Origin: Bacteroidota bacterium
GTDB taxonomy: Bacteria > Bacteroidota > Bacteroidia > Cytophagales > Spirosomataceae
Direction of reading: 5' to 3'
NCBI GenBank assembly: GCA_039798865.1
Contig: JBDKFF010000129.1
Coordinates: 1-33,195 of the forward strand
Length of the DNA: 33,195 nt
The notes below the pieces were generated by a model. It was not told where the DNA came from and made no database searches. It saw only the letters and a program-made list of their open reading frames with translations. Below, piece after piece: positions 1 to 8,670 of the stretch. Each line of letters starts with the position of its first letter. The first letter of the stretch is position 1. A program made the position numbers and the translations under genes.

Positions 1-2377
1 CAATGTTAACGAATGGAGTTGTTGCCGTTCCCGCTGTACGTGGAATAGGTACTTGCGTTAACATGTCAGAAGTTGTACGTGTGTACCAGTCTAAGTTAAC
101 ATCCAACTTGTTGTTCCAGAAACTAGCATCAAAACCGATGTTGGTTGATGTATTTGTTTCCCAACGGCCTGAAGTATTACCAAACTGTGAAATATCAAAA
201 CCGGTAGCAATCGAGTTACCAGAACCCGTGATGTCATAGGCATTGTTGTTTGGGTCTGGTACAAACAATGTATAAGCATTGTATACGTTAGGAATCAACT
301 GGTTACCTGTCTTACCCCAACCTCCACGAATTTTCAAGTCATTGATAAAGGTTAAGTCCTTCATGAAAGCTAATTCTGTTAAACGAGCTCCTAACGAGAA
401 GGCAGGGAATATACCATAACGGTATGTCGATGCAAAACGAGAAGAACCATCACGACGTAAAGTAAAGTCTGCCAACAAGAAATCCTTGTATGAGTAGTTA
501 ACTTTTCCGAATTGTGAAAACAAAGCTGTAATCGTAGCTCCTGAACCTGCATTGGATAAACCTGCCGCGGAACCATTGTTCAAGTAACGGTAAGATAAAT
601 CATCGAAAGCAAAGTTTGAACGAGCCGCGTTAAATCCGAACGCATACGTTGAAACGGCTTCCGTACCTACTAATACATTCACTGTGTGGTCACCAAGCTT
701 TTTGTTGTAATTCAAGGTGTTGTACCAAGTAACCGCACGGTCAAAGTTATTAGAAACCGTTAAGCTGTTTGCGTTACGTGCTTCTGCCGCCTCGATATCC
801 CGGTTGAAATACGCTGATTGATTGAAGTTGTTATACTCAAAACCTAAGCTTGTACGAGCCTTCAAATCCTTAATGATTTCAATTTCGGTAAATACGTTTC
901 CGAAAATGTGTGTTGCCTTTACAGGGTTATCACGCTCACGCCATTGACGGGCGAGTGGATTGGGTGCATTACCCAGGTTAGAACCTCTTGAACCCGCAAA
1001 ACCATTTAAATTAGATGAGTTTGTTCCCCCTAACGCTTTTGGACCTCCTGTGATATCAAATACCGGAATGATGGGTTGGATACGAATCGCAAACATGATT
1101 GGGTTGGATTCGTTGTTGTTACCTGCGGGAACACCAATTCTTTCATCGTACGAAACCGTGAAGTTTTCACCAAATGTAATAGCACCCTTTTTAAATTCCG
1201 TATTTGCACGTACTGAATAACGCTTGTAGCCTGTATATTTCAAGATACCCTCTTGATCAAAATAACTTGCTGAAATCGCGTATTTTCCATTTTTAGATCC
1301 ACCCGTAGCTCCTAATTGGTAGTTGGAGATCTTCGCTGGCCCAAAAATAACATTTTGCCAATCCGTACCTTCTTTGTTGGCTTTCGTAATGTTGAAAGCG
1401 GTCTTACCTAAGTTTGGATCCGTAATATCGTTTGTGTACGTATAGTTAGCAGGAAGCGCACCATACACGTTTGGATAAATATAATCTGCAATGGTTTGAG
1501 AACCGTCAGCACCAAAACGATACTGCGCTGAAGGAGAAGTACCTGCTGGTTTTCCTGCACCAATTTCAGACTCATAATAATATTGACCTAATTCTTTGGT
1601 ATTCAATAGATCTAAGGTTTTACCAACATTCTGAGTACCTGTATACATATCAAAATTAATCTTTGGCTCACCTTCACCACCACGCTTCGTTGTGATGATC
1701 ACAACCCCGTTCGCTGCACGTGCACCGTAAATAGAGGCCGCTGATGCATCCTTTAATACTTGCATCGACTCGATATCTGCTGGGTTAATCTGGTTCAATG
1801 TACCTTGAGTTGGTACACCATCAATCACATAAAGTGGAGAGTTGTTGTTGATCGAACCAAAACCACGAATACGAACCATCGTACCACCACCGGGTGAGTT
1901 GTCATTACCAACCGTCACACCGGATGCACGACCTTGTAACATTTGTGTTACCGACGCTGAAGGAACTGCATTCAATTCTTTCGCGCCTACAACTGCCACG
2001 GCACCTGTGATGTCTTTTTTACGTTGAGATGAGTAACCCGTTACGACAACCTCGCTTAGTTGGCTAACATCCTCACTCAAGGTAACTGAAATCGATGAAC
2101 GATTACCTAACGTGATTGTTTGAGAAACATAACCCACGGATGAAATCACCAATTCGGCATTTCCCGATTTAACATTAATGGAGAAAGCTCCATTCCCATC
2201 TGTTGTCGTACCGGTTGTGGTACCTTTAATGGCAATAGAAACACCGGGAATACCTCCGCCTGTCGCGTCTAAGATACTACCCGTCACTTTTCGGTCTTGT
2301 CCAAATGCTACCCATGATAGAGACAACATGAATATCATTAGAAAGACCACTCTGCTTACGTAGAAATTGTTTTTCAT
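1..2377 (-). CDS. susC: SusC/RagA-family TonB-dependent outer-membrane transporter (5' part; continues past the window start)
   Basis: Absent from the ORF track because it has no stop in the window. Manual translation from ATG 2377 gives MKNNFYVSRVVFLMIFMLSLSWVAFGQDRKVTGSILDATGGGIPGVSIAIKGTTTGTTTDGNGAFSI (signal peptide plus N-terminal extension), EVVVTGY (TonB-box region), PLYVIDGVP and INPADIESMQVLKDASAASIYGARAANGVVIITTKRG (SusC plug signature). Confidence 0.95.
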   Translation of the reverse strand, partial: MKNNFYVSRVVFLMIFMLSLSWVAFGQDRKVTGSILDATGGGIPGVSIAIKGTTTGTTTDGNGAFSINVKSGNAELVISSVGYVSQTITLGNRSSISVTLSEDVSQLSEVVVTGYSSQRKKDITGAVAVVGAKELNAVPSASVTQMLQGRASGVTVGNDNSPGGGTMVRIRGFGSINNNSPLYVIDGVPTQGTLNQINPADIESMQVLKDASAASIYGARAANGVVIITTKRGGEGEPKINFDMYTGTQNVGKTLDLLNTKELGQYYYESEIGAGKPAGTSPSAQYRFGADGSQTIADYIYPNVYGALPANYTYTNDITDPNLGKTAFNITKANKEGTDWQNVIFGPAKISNYQLGATGGSKNGKYAISASYFDQEGILKYTGYKRYSVRANTEFKKGAITFGENFTVSYDERIGVPAGNNNESNPIMFAIRIQPIIPVFDITGGPKALGGTNSSNLNGFAGSRGSNLGNAPNPLARQWRERDNPVKATHIFGNVFTEIEIIKDLKARTSLGFEYNNFNQSAYFNRDIEAAEARNANSLTVSNNFDRAVTWYNTLNYNKKLGDHTVNVLVGTEAVSTYAFGFNAARSNFAFDDLSYRYLNNGSAAGLSNAGSGATITALFSQFGKVNYSYKDFLLADFTLRRDGSSRFASTYRYGIFPAFSLGARLTELAFMKDLTFINDLKIRGGWGKTGNQLIPNVYNAYTLFVPDPNNNAYDITGSGNSIATGFDISQFGNTSGRWETNTSTNIGFDASFWNNKLDVNLDWYTRTTSDMLTQVPIPRTAGTATTPFVNI

Positions 2378-2575
2378 AAAAAATAAGTTTTGAGTGATAG
2401 CTGACGAACACAATTCGCCAACATTTATTGAGGTCAATGTAAAAAAGTTTTTCAACTATGCTATACTTTTTTGTGATTATTTTTAGAATAAATTGTAAAT
2501 TTTACTAAATGGTCATGAAGACTTAATATTCAGGTAATTAGACTTTAAGACATAGGTAAATCAGCTCGCTTTGCT

Positions 2576-2583
2576 TACCTTTG
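2576..2583 (+). promoter_or_regulatory. Putative Bacteroidota -7 promoter element for adk
   Basis: TACCTTTG matches TAnnTTTG, about 30 nt upstream of the adk ATG. No clear -33 TTTG at canonical spacing. Confidence 0.5.
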
Positions 2584-2612
2584 TCTTTTGCATTTATTAT
2601 AACAGAAAGAAT

Positions 2613-3185
2613 ATGTTAAACTTGGTTTTGTTTGGCCCTCCAGGTGCCGGTAAAGGAACTCAGTCGGCGAAATTGATTGAGAAATATGGCTTAATTCACT
2701 TGTCTACGGGAGATTTATTGCGTGCTGAAATTGCTGCAGGAACTACCTTGGGCTTGGAAGCTAAAAAATTGATGGATCAAGGGATTTTGGTTCCGGATGC
2801 CGTGGTTATCGGAATGATCGATAATAAGTTAAATGAGAATAAGGCTGCTGCTGGATTTATCTTCGATGGCTTCCCTCGCACCGTTGCGCAAGCAGCTGCG
2901 CTGGATGCGTTATTGACCCAACACGGAGTAGGTATTTCTCAAATGATTGCCTTGGAAGTTGAGCAAGAAGAATTAACCCAACGTCTTTTAGAACGTGGAA
3001 AAACTTCTGGCAGACCCGATGACCAAAATGAAGATTTAATTCGTAAACGTGTTCAGGAATATACCGAGAAAACTGCTCCTGTGGCTGATTTTTATGCCAA
3101 TCAAGGGAAGTTTACCGGGATTAATGGGGTAGGAGAGATTGAGGCTATTTTTGGACAGATTGTTTCGATCATCGAAAAGAACTAA
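2613..3185 (+). CDS. adk: Adenylate kinase (short-LID type)
   Basis: GPPGAGKGTQ P-loop, HLSTGDLLR, FIFDGFPRT, and short LID RGKTSGRPDD. Start moved from TTG 2571 to ATG 2613 (MLNLVLFG). Confidence 0.97.
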   Translation: MLNLVLFGPPGAGKGTQSAKLIEKYGLIHLSTGDLLRAEIAAGTTLGLEAKKLMDQGILVPDAVVIGMIDNKLNENKAAAGFIFDGFPRTVAQAAALDALLTQHGVGISQMIALEVEQEELTQRLLERGKTSGRPDDQNEDLIRKRVQEYTEKTAPVADFYANQGKFTGINGVGEIEAIFGQIVSIIEKN

Positions 3186-3224
3186 GAATTAAGAGGTAAG
3201 AGGTGAGAGGTAAGAGGTGAGAGG
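3183..3224 (+). repeat. Heptamer tandem array A, T(A/G)AGAGG, 6 units
   Basis: taagaat taagagg taagagg tgagagg taagagg tgagagg. The first unit starts at the adk stop codon. Confidence 0.9.
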
Positions 3225-3225
3225 G

Positions 3226-3358
3226 GAACTTCGGACTTTGACCTTCGGCCTTTGGACGTTGGACGTTGGACTTTGGACTTCGGACCTCGGACCTCGGACT
3301 TTGGACTTCGGACCTCGGACCTCGGACTTCGGACTTCGGACCTCGGACTTCGGACTAT
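3226..3358 (+). repeat. Heptamer tandem array B, GGAC(C/T)T(C/T), 19 units
   Basis: gaacttc ggacttt gaccttc ggccttt ggacgtt ggacgtt ggacttt ggacttc ggacctc ggacctc ggacttt ggacttc ggacctc ggacctc ggacttc ggacttc ggacctc ggacttc ggactat. Includes an exact 28-nt duplication (3268-3295 = 3296-3323). Confidence 0.95.
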
Positions 3359-3373
3359 TTACATATACTAACA

Positions 3374-3401
3374 GACTAGCGACTAGTGACTAGCGACTAA
3401 C
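3374..3401 (+). repeat. Heptamer tandem array C, GACTA(G/A)(C/T), 4 units
   Basis: gactagc gactagt gactagc gactaac, preceded by a degenerate tactaaca and ending 5 nt before the obgE ATG. Confidence 0.85.
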
Positions 3402-3406
3402 AAATT

Positions 3407-4486
3407 ATGACTTCAAATTTCATCGATTACGTTAAAATCAACTTGCGTTCAGGACGTGGGGGTAGTGGCTCGTCTCACTTCAGACGAGAAAAGCACGTCC
3501 CGAAAGGCGGTCCGGATGGCGGTGATGGCGGTCGGGGAGGTCATGTGTACATCGTCGGCAATAGTCAACACTGGACATTGCTGCATTTGAAATTCCAAAA
3601 GCACATCATTGCAGAAAATGGCAAAGGTGGAGAGGGTGGTCGTCGCTCCGGTATGGAGGGTGAAGATATTTTCATCGAAGTACCTTTAGGTACCATTGTC
3701 AAAGATGCCGAGACGAACGAATTTCTAGCGGAAGTTACCGAGGAAGGCCAAAAAGTCCTTTTGTTACCTGGCGGACGTGGCGGTTTAGGAAATACCCATT
3801 TTAAGTCATCAACGAATCAGTCCCCGCGTCATGCCCAACCGGGTGAAGCCGGCTTAGAACGTTGGGTGATTATGGAATTAAAAGTATTAGCGGATGTCGG
3901 TTTAGTTGGTTTTCCAAACGCCGGTAAATCCACGCTTTTATCCGTTCTTTCTGCAGCTAAGCCCGAAATTGCCGATTATCCTTTTACAACTTTGGTTCCT
4001 AATTTGGGAGTAGTTGCCTACCGTGATTACAAATCTTTTGTAGTTGCTGATATTCCGGGAATTATCGAAGGCGCGGCTGAAGGAAAAGGCTTAGGTTTAC
4101 GCTTTTTGCGTCACATTGAGCGTAACTCCATCCTGTGTTTTCTCATTCCTTCGGATGCCGAAAACTGGGGAGACGAATACAAGATTTTAGTCGTGGAATT
4201 AGAGAAATATAACCCCGAATTATTGCATAAACGCCGTGTATTGGTCGTTTCAAAAATGGATTTATCCATTCCAGAGATGGAAGAAGAGATGCGCGAAAGC
4301 TTACCAAAAGATTTGCCCTTGGTGTTTATCTCTTCCGTGACAAATACCGGCATTCAGGAGTTGAAAGATTTACTTTGGGAAACCTTACAAGAGGAAAACA
4401 AAGAGGTCGCCAAGCAGGTGGAAAGTTCCATTAATCTCCCGCAAACACAAGACGATTTCGAACAACTCATTGATGAAATTGAATAA
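3407..4486 (+). CDS. obgE: GTPase ObgE/CgtA
   Basis: Gly-rich Obg domain ([21 protein letters not shown]), G1 GFPNAGKS, G2 YPFTT, G3 DIPG, G4 SKMD. Confidence 0.97.
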   Translation: MTSNFIDYVKINLRSGRGGSGSSHFRREKHVPKGGPDGGDGGRGGHVYIVGNSQHWTLLHLKFQKHIIAENGKGGEGGRRSGMEGEDIFIEVPLGTIVKDAETNEFLAEVTEEGQKVLLLPGGRGGLGNTHFKSSTNQSPRHAQPGEAGLERWVIMELKVLADVGLVGFPNAGKSTLLSVLSAAKPEIADYPFTTLVPNLGVVAYRDYKSFVVADIPGIIEGAAEGKGLGLRFLRHIERNSILCFLIPSDAENWGDEYKILVVELEKYNPELLHKRRVLVVSKMDLSIPEMEEEMRESLPKDLPLVFISSVTNTGIQELKDLLWETLQEENKEVAKQVESSINLPQTQDDFEQLIDEIE

Positions 4487-4488
4487 TC

Positions 4489-4518
4489 AAAAAGGTCTCC
4501 CGAATGGACGACCTTTTT
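4489..4518. terminator. Bidirectional intrinsic terminator between convergent obgE and rmlD-like genes
   Basis: aaaaaggtc-tcc-cgaat-gga-c-gaccttttt hairpin with A and T tracts on both sides. Confidence 0.75.
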
Positions 4519-5420
4519 TATTGTATTTGTTTAGCTAACAAGGCAATACCTTCATTAAAACTTCGAGGCTGATACCCCAAAACACGTTTTGCCTTATCCA
4601 AGATAAATCCCGTTCTCGGAGGCCGTTTAGCTGGCTGTGTAAATGTAGATGAATCCGCCGGCTTGATCAATTCTTTCGGTAAGTGAAAGTATTCGGCCGT
4701 CTGAATCGCCATTTCATAAGGGGTTAATAATTCTTCTCCTGAAATGTTGAAAATGCCCTCTGCTTCTTTTTGTGCAATGAGCCAACAACCCATGGCCAGA
4801 TCTTCTGCCAGGGTAGGCGTTCTAAATTGATCCGTGACTACATTGATTTGTTTGCCTTCCTCCAGCGATTTTTTTACCCATAGGATAATATTCGTCCGAC
4901 TCATATCTGGGACAATTCCGAAAACAAGTACGGTACGTGCAATCGCCCAACGAATGGAGGAGGCTTGGATGATTTTTTCTGCCTTTAATTTACTTTCCCC
5001 ATAAATGGAAATGGGATTTGGCGTCGCCTCTTCATCATAAGGCCCATCCGCACCATCAAAAATAAAGTCGGTCGATAGATGACATAAAAAGCTACCCTGT
5101 TTCTCACAAGCTTGAACGATATATTCAACGGCTTTGACATTCAGACTTTCGCAGCCTTCCAGATCGCTCTCGCAAGTGTCTACATTCGTCATCGCTGCCG
5201 TATGAATAACAATTTGAGGTTTAAAAGCAGCAAATACCTCATTCACTTGTTGGGAGTCCGTGATATCAAGGGATTGATAAACATAACCTTCTTGGTTAGG
5301 TAATCGGTTATCTCCTTTAGCCGTAGCGATTAGTTGGATATTATCTTCTTTAGAAAGCAGATCCACTAATTTTTGTCCCAATAGGCCATTCGATCCCGTG
5401 ATGAGAATGGTTTTTTTCAT
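4518..5420 (-). CDS. dTDP-4-dehydrorhamnose reductase-family SDR oxidoreductase (RmlD-like)
   Basis: ITGSNGLLG Rossmann motif, HTAAMTNVD, STDFIFDG, YGESK (YxxxK), DQFRTPT, PAKRP. Confidence 0.88.
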   Translation of the reverse strand: MKKTILITGSNGLLGQKLVDLLSKEDNIQLIATAKGDNRLPNQEGYVYQSLDITDSQQVNEVFAAFKPQIVIHTAAMTNVDTCESDLEGCESLNVKAVEYIVQACEKQGSFLCHLSTDFIFDGADGPYDEEATPNPISIYGESKLKAEKIIQASSIRWAIARTVLVFGIVPDMSRTNIILWVKKSLEEGKQINVVTDQFRTPTLAEDLAMGCWLIAQKEAEGIFNISGEELLTPYEMAIQTAEYFHLPKELIKPADSSTFTQPAKRPPRTGFILDKAKRVLGYQPRSFNEGIALLAKQIQ

Positions 5421-6349
5421 GATGCTAATTGTTTCCTTATATCTTTCAATAATTCTTGGGCCCCTTGTGCAATTAATTCATTGGCCACTTGAGTGCCGAG
5501 ATTCATTGAGTCATTTCCGATTGCTCTTGATTTTAATTCAATTTCTCCTCGCAATCCGAGTACGCCGGCGATTAATTCCATCCCATGATCACCCTGTTTT
5601 GCATGCCCATAGACAGGAACACTACATCCGCCATCTAGCTGGGCTAATAGATGTCGCTCGGCCAACAAGCATGCTTCGGTGGAAGGGTCATTACAGATTT
5701 GGCGAATTTGTTGTTGTAAGCCTGAATCCAAGTTCGTAGAACATTGGATAGCCACCGAACCTTGTCCCACGGCAGGCGTGAAACGGTCGATATCCAAGTG
5801 TTCGACAATATGGGATTCCATTCCCATGCGATGAACACCGGCATAGGCTAAAATCATCGCTTCGCAGTCTCCATTTTTAAGTTTTTCTAATCGAGTTTGT
5901 AGGTTTCCACGCATTTCCACAAGGGTATGTTGAGGAAAATTTTTCGCCAACATGGCCCGTCTCCGTGTACTGGATGTTCCCACAACGGCGGCTTTATTGG
6001 CTAGACGGAATTCCGGATTTAAACTTAGTACCACGTCATGCGCAGCTTCGCGCTTGGTAAAGGCAATCAGTGGTAAATCTGTAGCAAGTCGTGAAGGGAG
6101 ATCCTTGGCAGAATGTTGGGCGATATCAATCTCCCCATTCCTTAACATGGACTCTAATTCTTCCGTAAATACACCCTTTGAACCGATTTTTGAGAGCGAT
6201 CGATCTAGTATTTTATCGCCAATCGTTACAATGTCCACGATCTCAGTTAGCAACCCAGCGGCTTCCAATAAACCCGCAATATGGCGCGCCTGCCACATGG
6301 CTAGGGCGGAGTTTCTTGTACCGATGCGGATGGGTTTATTTGTTGGCAT
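5417..6349 (-). CDS. hemC: Hydroxymethylbilane synthase (porphobilinogen deaminase)
   Basis: IGTRNSALAMWQA, KGVFTEELE, HSAKDLP, GTSSTRR, RGNLQTRL, PAVGQG, and cofactor Cys in GGCSVP. Confidence 0.97.
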   Translation of the reverse strand: MPTNKPIRIGTRNSALAMWQARHIAGLLEAAGLLTEIVDIVTIGDKILDRSLSKIGSKGVFTEELESMLRNGEIDIAQHSAKDLPSRLATDLPLIAFTKREAAHDVVLSLNPEFRLANKAAVVGTSSTRRRAMLAKNFPQHTLVEMRGNLQTRLEKLKNGDCEAMILAYAGVHRMGMESHIVEHLDIDRFTPAVGQGSVAIQCSTNLDSGLQQQIRQICNDPSTEACLLAERHLLAQLDGGCSVPVYGHAKQGDHGMELIAGVLGLRGEIELKSRAIGNDSMNLGTQVANELIAQGAQELLKDIRKQLAS

Positions 6350-7463
6350 TAGCGATGCGAATTATTTGTAAAGATAAGTCGAGATGTATCATTTTAGCTC
6401 GGCCATTTCGTTCCAGATGATAATGTGCCGTAGAAACTTTTTCGCTTATTTTTTCAATCGCATTTCGATTCAATGTCTTTGAAAAATTGGCGATAAATGG
6501 CTTCTCCATTTCGAGTGCTTTGATTAAGGTGGGAGCGTCGGAAATCTGGTAGACACATTGGCGAAAAATATGCAATGCGTACTCCAAGAGGCTTTTTTGG
6601 TCTTCTTTGGCTAGTCCGTCAAATTGCTCTGAGAGGCCGACTAGTTTACTTAAATTCTTTTGATAAACGGCGCGCATCCAGTCGGCAAACCAAGTCGACG
6701 TGCTCAGATTTTCCGACTTCGCTTTTTCGAGTGCCCAGGAGATATTTCCTTCGCAACTGATGGCTAAATTTTGCGCATTTTCTAAGCTGGTTCCTGTTTC
6801 TTTGACCAGAAATTCGGATAGCGAAGCTTCATCGACAGTCTGAATAGCAATCCGTTGAGTACGGGACAAAATGGTCGTCAGAAGTTTTTGTGCATCTGAG
6901 CAGACGAGTAAAAATAGGGTAGAACTTGGGGGTTCTTCCAAGGTTTTTAGTAAAGCATTACCGGAGGAAAGGTTGAGGGATTCAGGGTTCCAGATGATGA
7001 CAACCTTAAAGGGAGCCTCAAAGGGTTTAAGACTAATTTTTCCGAGAAGTTTTCGGGTTTCTTCTACGGGAATATTCCCTTGTTTGTTTCCCTCAGCTCC
7101 CATGGCACCCAGCCATTCGGGTAATGTTCTATATAAGGATGTGCTAATAAAAGATCTCCACTCGGGTAGGAATGCATCAGATTCCGCCTCTTTAACTTTT
7201 TTTGTCGTGACAGAGGGGAATAAATAAACGATGTCTGGATGTATTCCTTTGTGAACTTTTTGACAACTTGGGCAGGTGCCGCAAGAATCATCGCCTTGTC
7301 GGTTGGTACAAAACAAAAAGGAGGTAAAGGCCATGGCCATGGCGAGTTGGGCACCACCGGTGGGACCATGAAATAATTGAGCATGTGCAATGTGTTCGTT
7401 GAGAACAGATTGGCTCAATTGTTTTTTGGTTTGCTCTAATCCGGGGATGTCTTGAAAGCGCAT
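6336..7463 (-). CDS. holB: DNA polymerase III subunit delta'
   Basis: HAQLFHG, zinc module C..DSCGTCPSC, HPD, NALLKTLEEPP, TILSRTQ. Confidence 0.92.
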   Translation of the reverse strand: MRFQDIPGLEQTKKQLSQSVLNEHIAHAQLFHGPTGGAQLAMAMAFTSFLFCTNRQGDDSCGTCPSCQKVHKGIHPDIVYLFPSVTTKKVKEAESDAFLPEWRSFISTSLYRTLPEWLGAMGAEGNKQGNIPVEETRKLLGKISLKPFEAPFKVVIIWNPESLNLSSGNALLKTLEEPPSSTLFLLVCSDAQKLLTTILSRTQRIAIQTVDEASLSEFLVKETGTSLENAQNLAISCEGNISWALEKAKSENLSTSTWFADWMRAVYQKNLSKLVGLSEQFDGLAKEDQKSLLEYALHIFRQCVYQISDAPTLIKALEMEKPFIANFSKTLNRNAIEKISEKVSTAHYHLERNGRAKMIHLDLSLQIIRIANANK

Positions 7464-7488
7464 TGGGTTTCCCTAATAAATGAATAGG

Positions 7489-8601
7489 CTAATTTCGGGC
7501 ATTTGCCTCCTCTTTCCAAATTTGTTCGAGCTTGCTCAATAGATTTTCGGGGATTTCTTGATTTTTTGTTTGAATCCACGCTTTTGTATTTTCGATGGCC
7601 TTGGCGGGTAGGTACTCTTTGAGATGGGGAAATTCTCCCCAAGTGAGCGATGGAATGAATTTGGGTAAAAAAGTACTTCCGCTGATATTACAATGATTGC
7701 CGATCACCGTACCGGTATTGAACTTCGTTAAAATTCCAGTACATACAAAGTCCCCCATGAGGACACCGAAAGACTTAAGTCCGGTATCCCTAGCTTGTTG
7801 GGTTCGATAATCGTACAGATAAACATTTTTCAGGTCGTTTCGAACATTGGAACCTGTCGTGAGCGCACCAAGATTGCAAAATGACCCAATGATGGAATTT
7901 CCGAGGTATCCTTCGTGGGCTTTATTTGAATAGGGGAAAAAGAGACTTGCGCTGATTTCTCCACCCACCTTGCAGCCTTTGCCGATGGTGGTGTTGGGTC
8001 TAATCTTTGCGCCCAAATTCGTGATCGCTCCATCGAGGATTGCGGCAGGTCCTTGAATGAGTGTGCCGATCTGAATTTTGGTATTCGCCCCGATGTAGAT
8101 GGGACCTTGGCTAGCATCCAAGATAGTACCTGATATTTCAGCACTTGGATCGATGTAACAATTTTCAGGATGGATGATTGTGTTCCCTCTATTTGTCAAA
8201 TCGCCTAAATCAACGTCATTGGCTTGGATCTCGTTCACTAGCTCTTGGCTATTCGCTGAAAGTAGGTCTTCCGGGTATGCAATATAAGTGGGGCGATCTG
8301 CTAATGCTTTTCGGTTTTTGGGAATGCTTACTTCGTTATCGCTGCGATACGCAATCCATTGTTCTTCCCAAAACAAGGCTTCGTTAGATGCCAATTGCTT
8401 TAATTCCTTGATCAACTTTGGGTCAGGAACTAAGGATCCCAATAGATAGATGTCTGTAGGAAGCTCATCGATGTAGGCTGTCCATTTTACTTCGATGGTA
8501 GACAAGCCTACCCAAAGCTCTCGAAGATGCCGGGTATAGGTCAAAGGCCTTAATTGTAGGCCGATTTGGAGGTCATTAAGAAGTTGGCTCGTCTTCCACA
8601 T
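7489..8601 (-). CDS. Bacteroidota GlmU-like protein (putative sugar nucleotidyltransferase N-domain plus hexapeptide left-handed beta-helix)
   Basis: N-terminal LRPLTYTR..RELWVG...I..KW, C-terminal hexapeptide region with GPIYIG, CKVGGEIS, SNKAHEGYLGNS, CNLGA. Start set at ATG 8601 because the track start at 8628 lies inside the upstream terminator. Confidence 0.75.
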   Translation of the reverse strand: MWKTSQLLNDLQIGLQLRPLTYTRHLRELWVGLSTIEVKWTAYIDELPTDIYLLGSLVPDPKLIKELKQLASNEALFWEEQWIAYRSDNEVSIPKNRKALADRPTYIAYPEDLLSANSQELVNEIQANDVDLGDLTNRGNTIIHPENCYIDPSAEISGTILDASQGPIYIGANTKIQIGTLIQGPAAILDGAITNLGAKIRPNTTIGKGCKVGGEISASLFFPYSNKAHEGYLGNSIIGSFCNLGALTTGSNVRNDLKNVYLYDYRTQQARDTGLKSFGVLMGDFVCTGILTKFNTGTVIGNHCNISGSTFLPKFIPSLTWGEFPHLKEYLPAKAIENTKAWIQTKNQEIPENLLSKLEQIWKEEANARN

Positions 8602-8615
8602 AGTACAAATAAACG

Positions 8616-8653
8616 AAAAAGCCTTCACATGATTTCATGCGAAGGCTTTTTTT
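8616..8653 (-). terminator. Intrinsic terminator downstream of rpmE
   Basis: aaaaagccttc-a-catg-attt-catg-c-gaaggcttttttt hairpin, 17 nt past the rpmE stop, with a U-tract on either strand. Confidence 0.85.
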
Positions 8654-8670
8654 GTATGCTTGAACAAATA

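Noticed and set aside
3-2363. Short ORFs within susC (e.g. 3-239, 960-1220, 1842-2027, 2178-2363)
   Set aside because: They are antisense or out-of-frame shadows of the susC frame, with no recognisable motifs.
2441-2472. Inverted repeat aaaaaagt/actttttt upstream of susC
   Set aside because: It consists almost entirely of A/T runs and is expected by chance in AT-rich DNA.
3190-3224. AGAGG units as Shine-Dalgarno sites
   Set aside because: They lie about 180 nt from the obgE start, and Bacteroidota largely do not use SD pairing.
3275-3353. CUUCGG as UUCG tetraloop hairpins
   Set aside because: The flanking bases are A and A, so the stem cannot extend beyond one C-G pair.
3226-3358. Repeat array as CRISPR or as a coding repeat
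   Set aside because: The units are contiguous 7-mers with no spacers and no cas genes nearby, and no ORF of 60 aa or more spans it.
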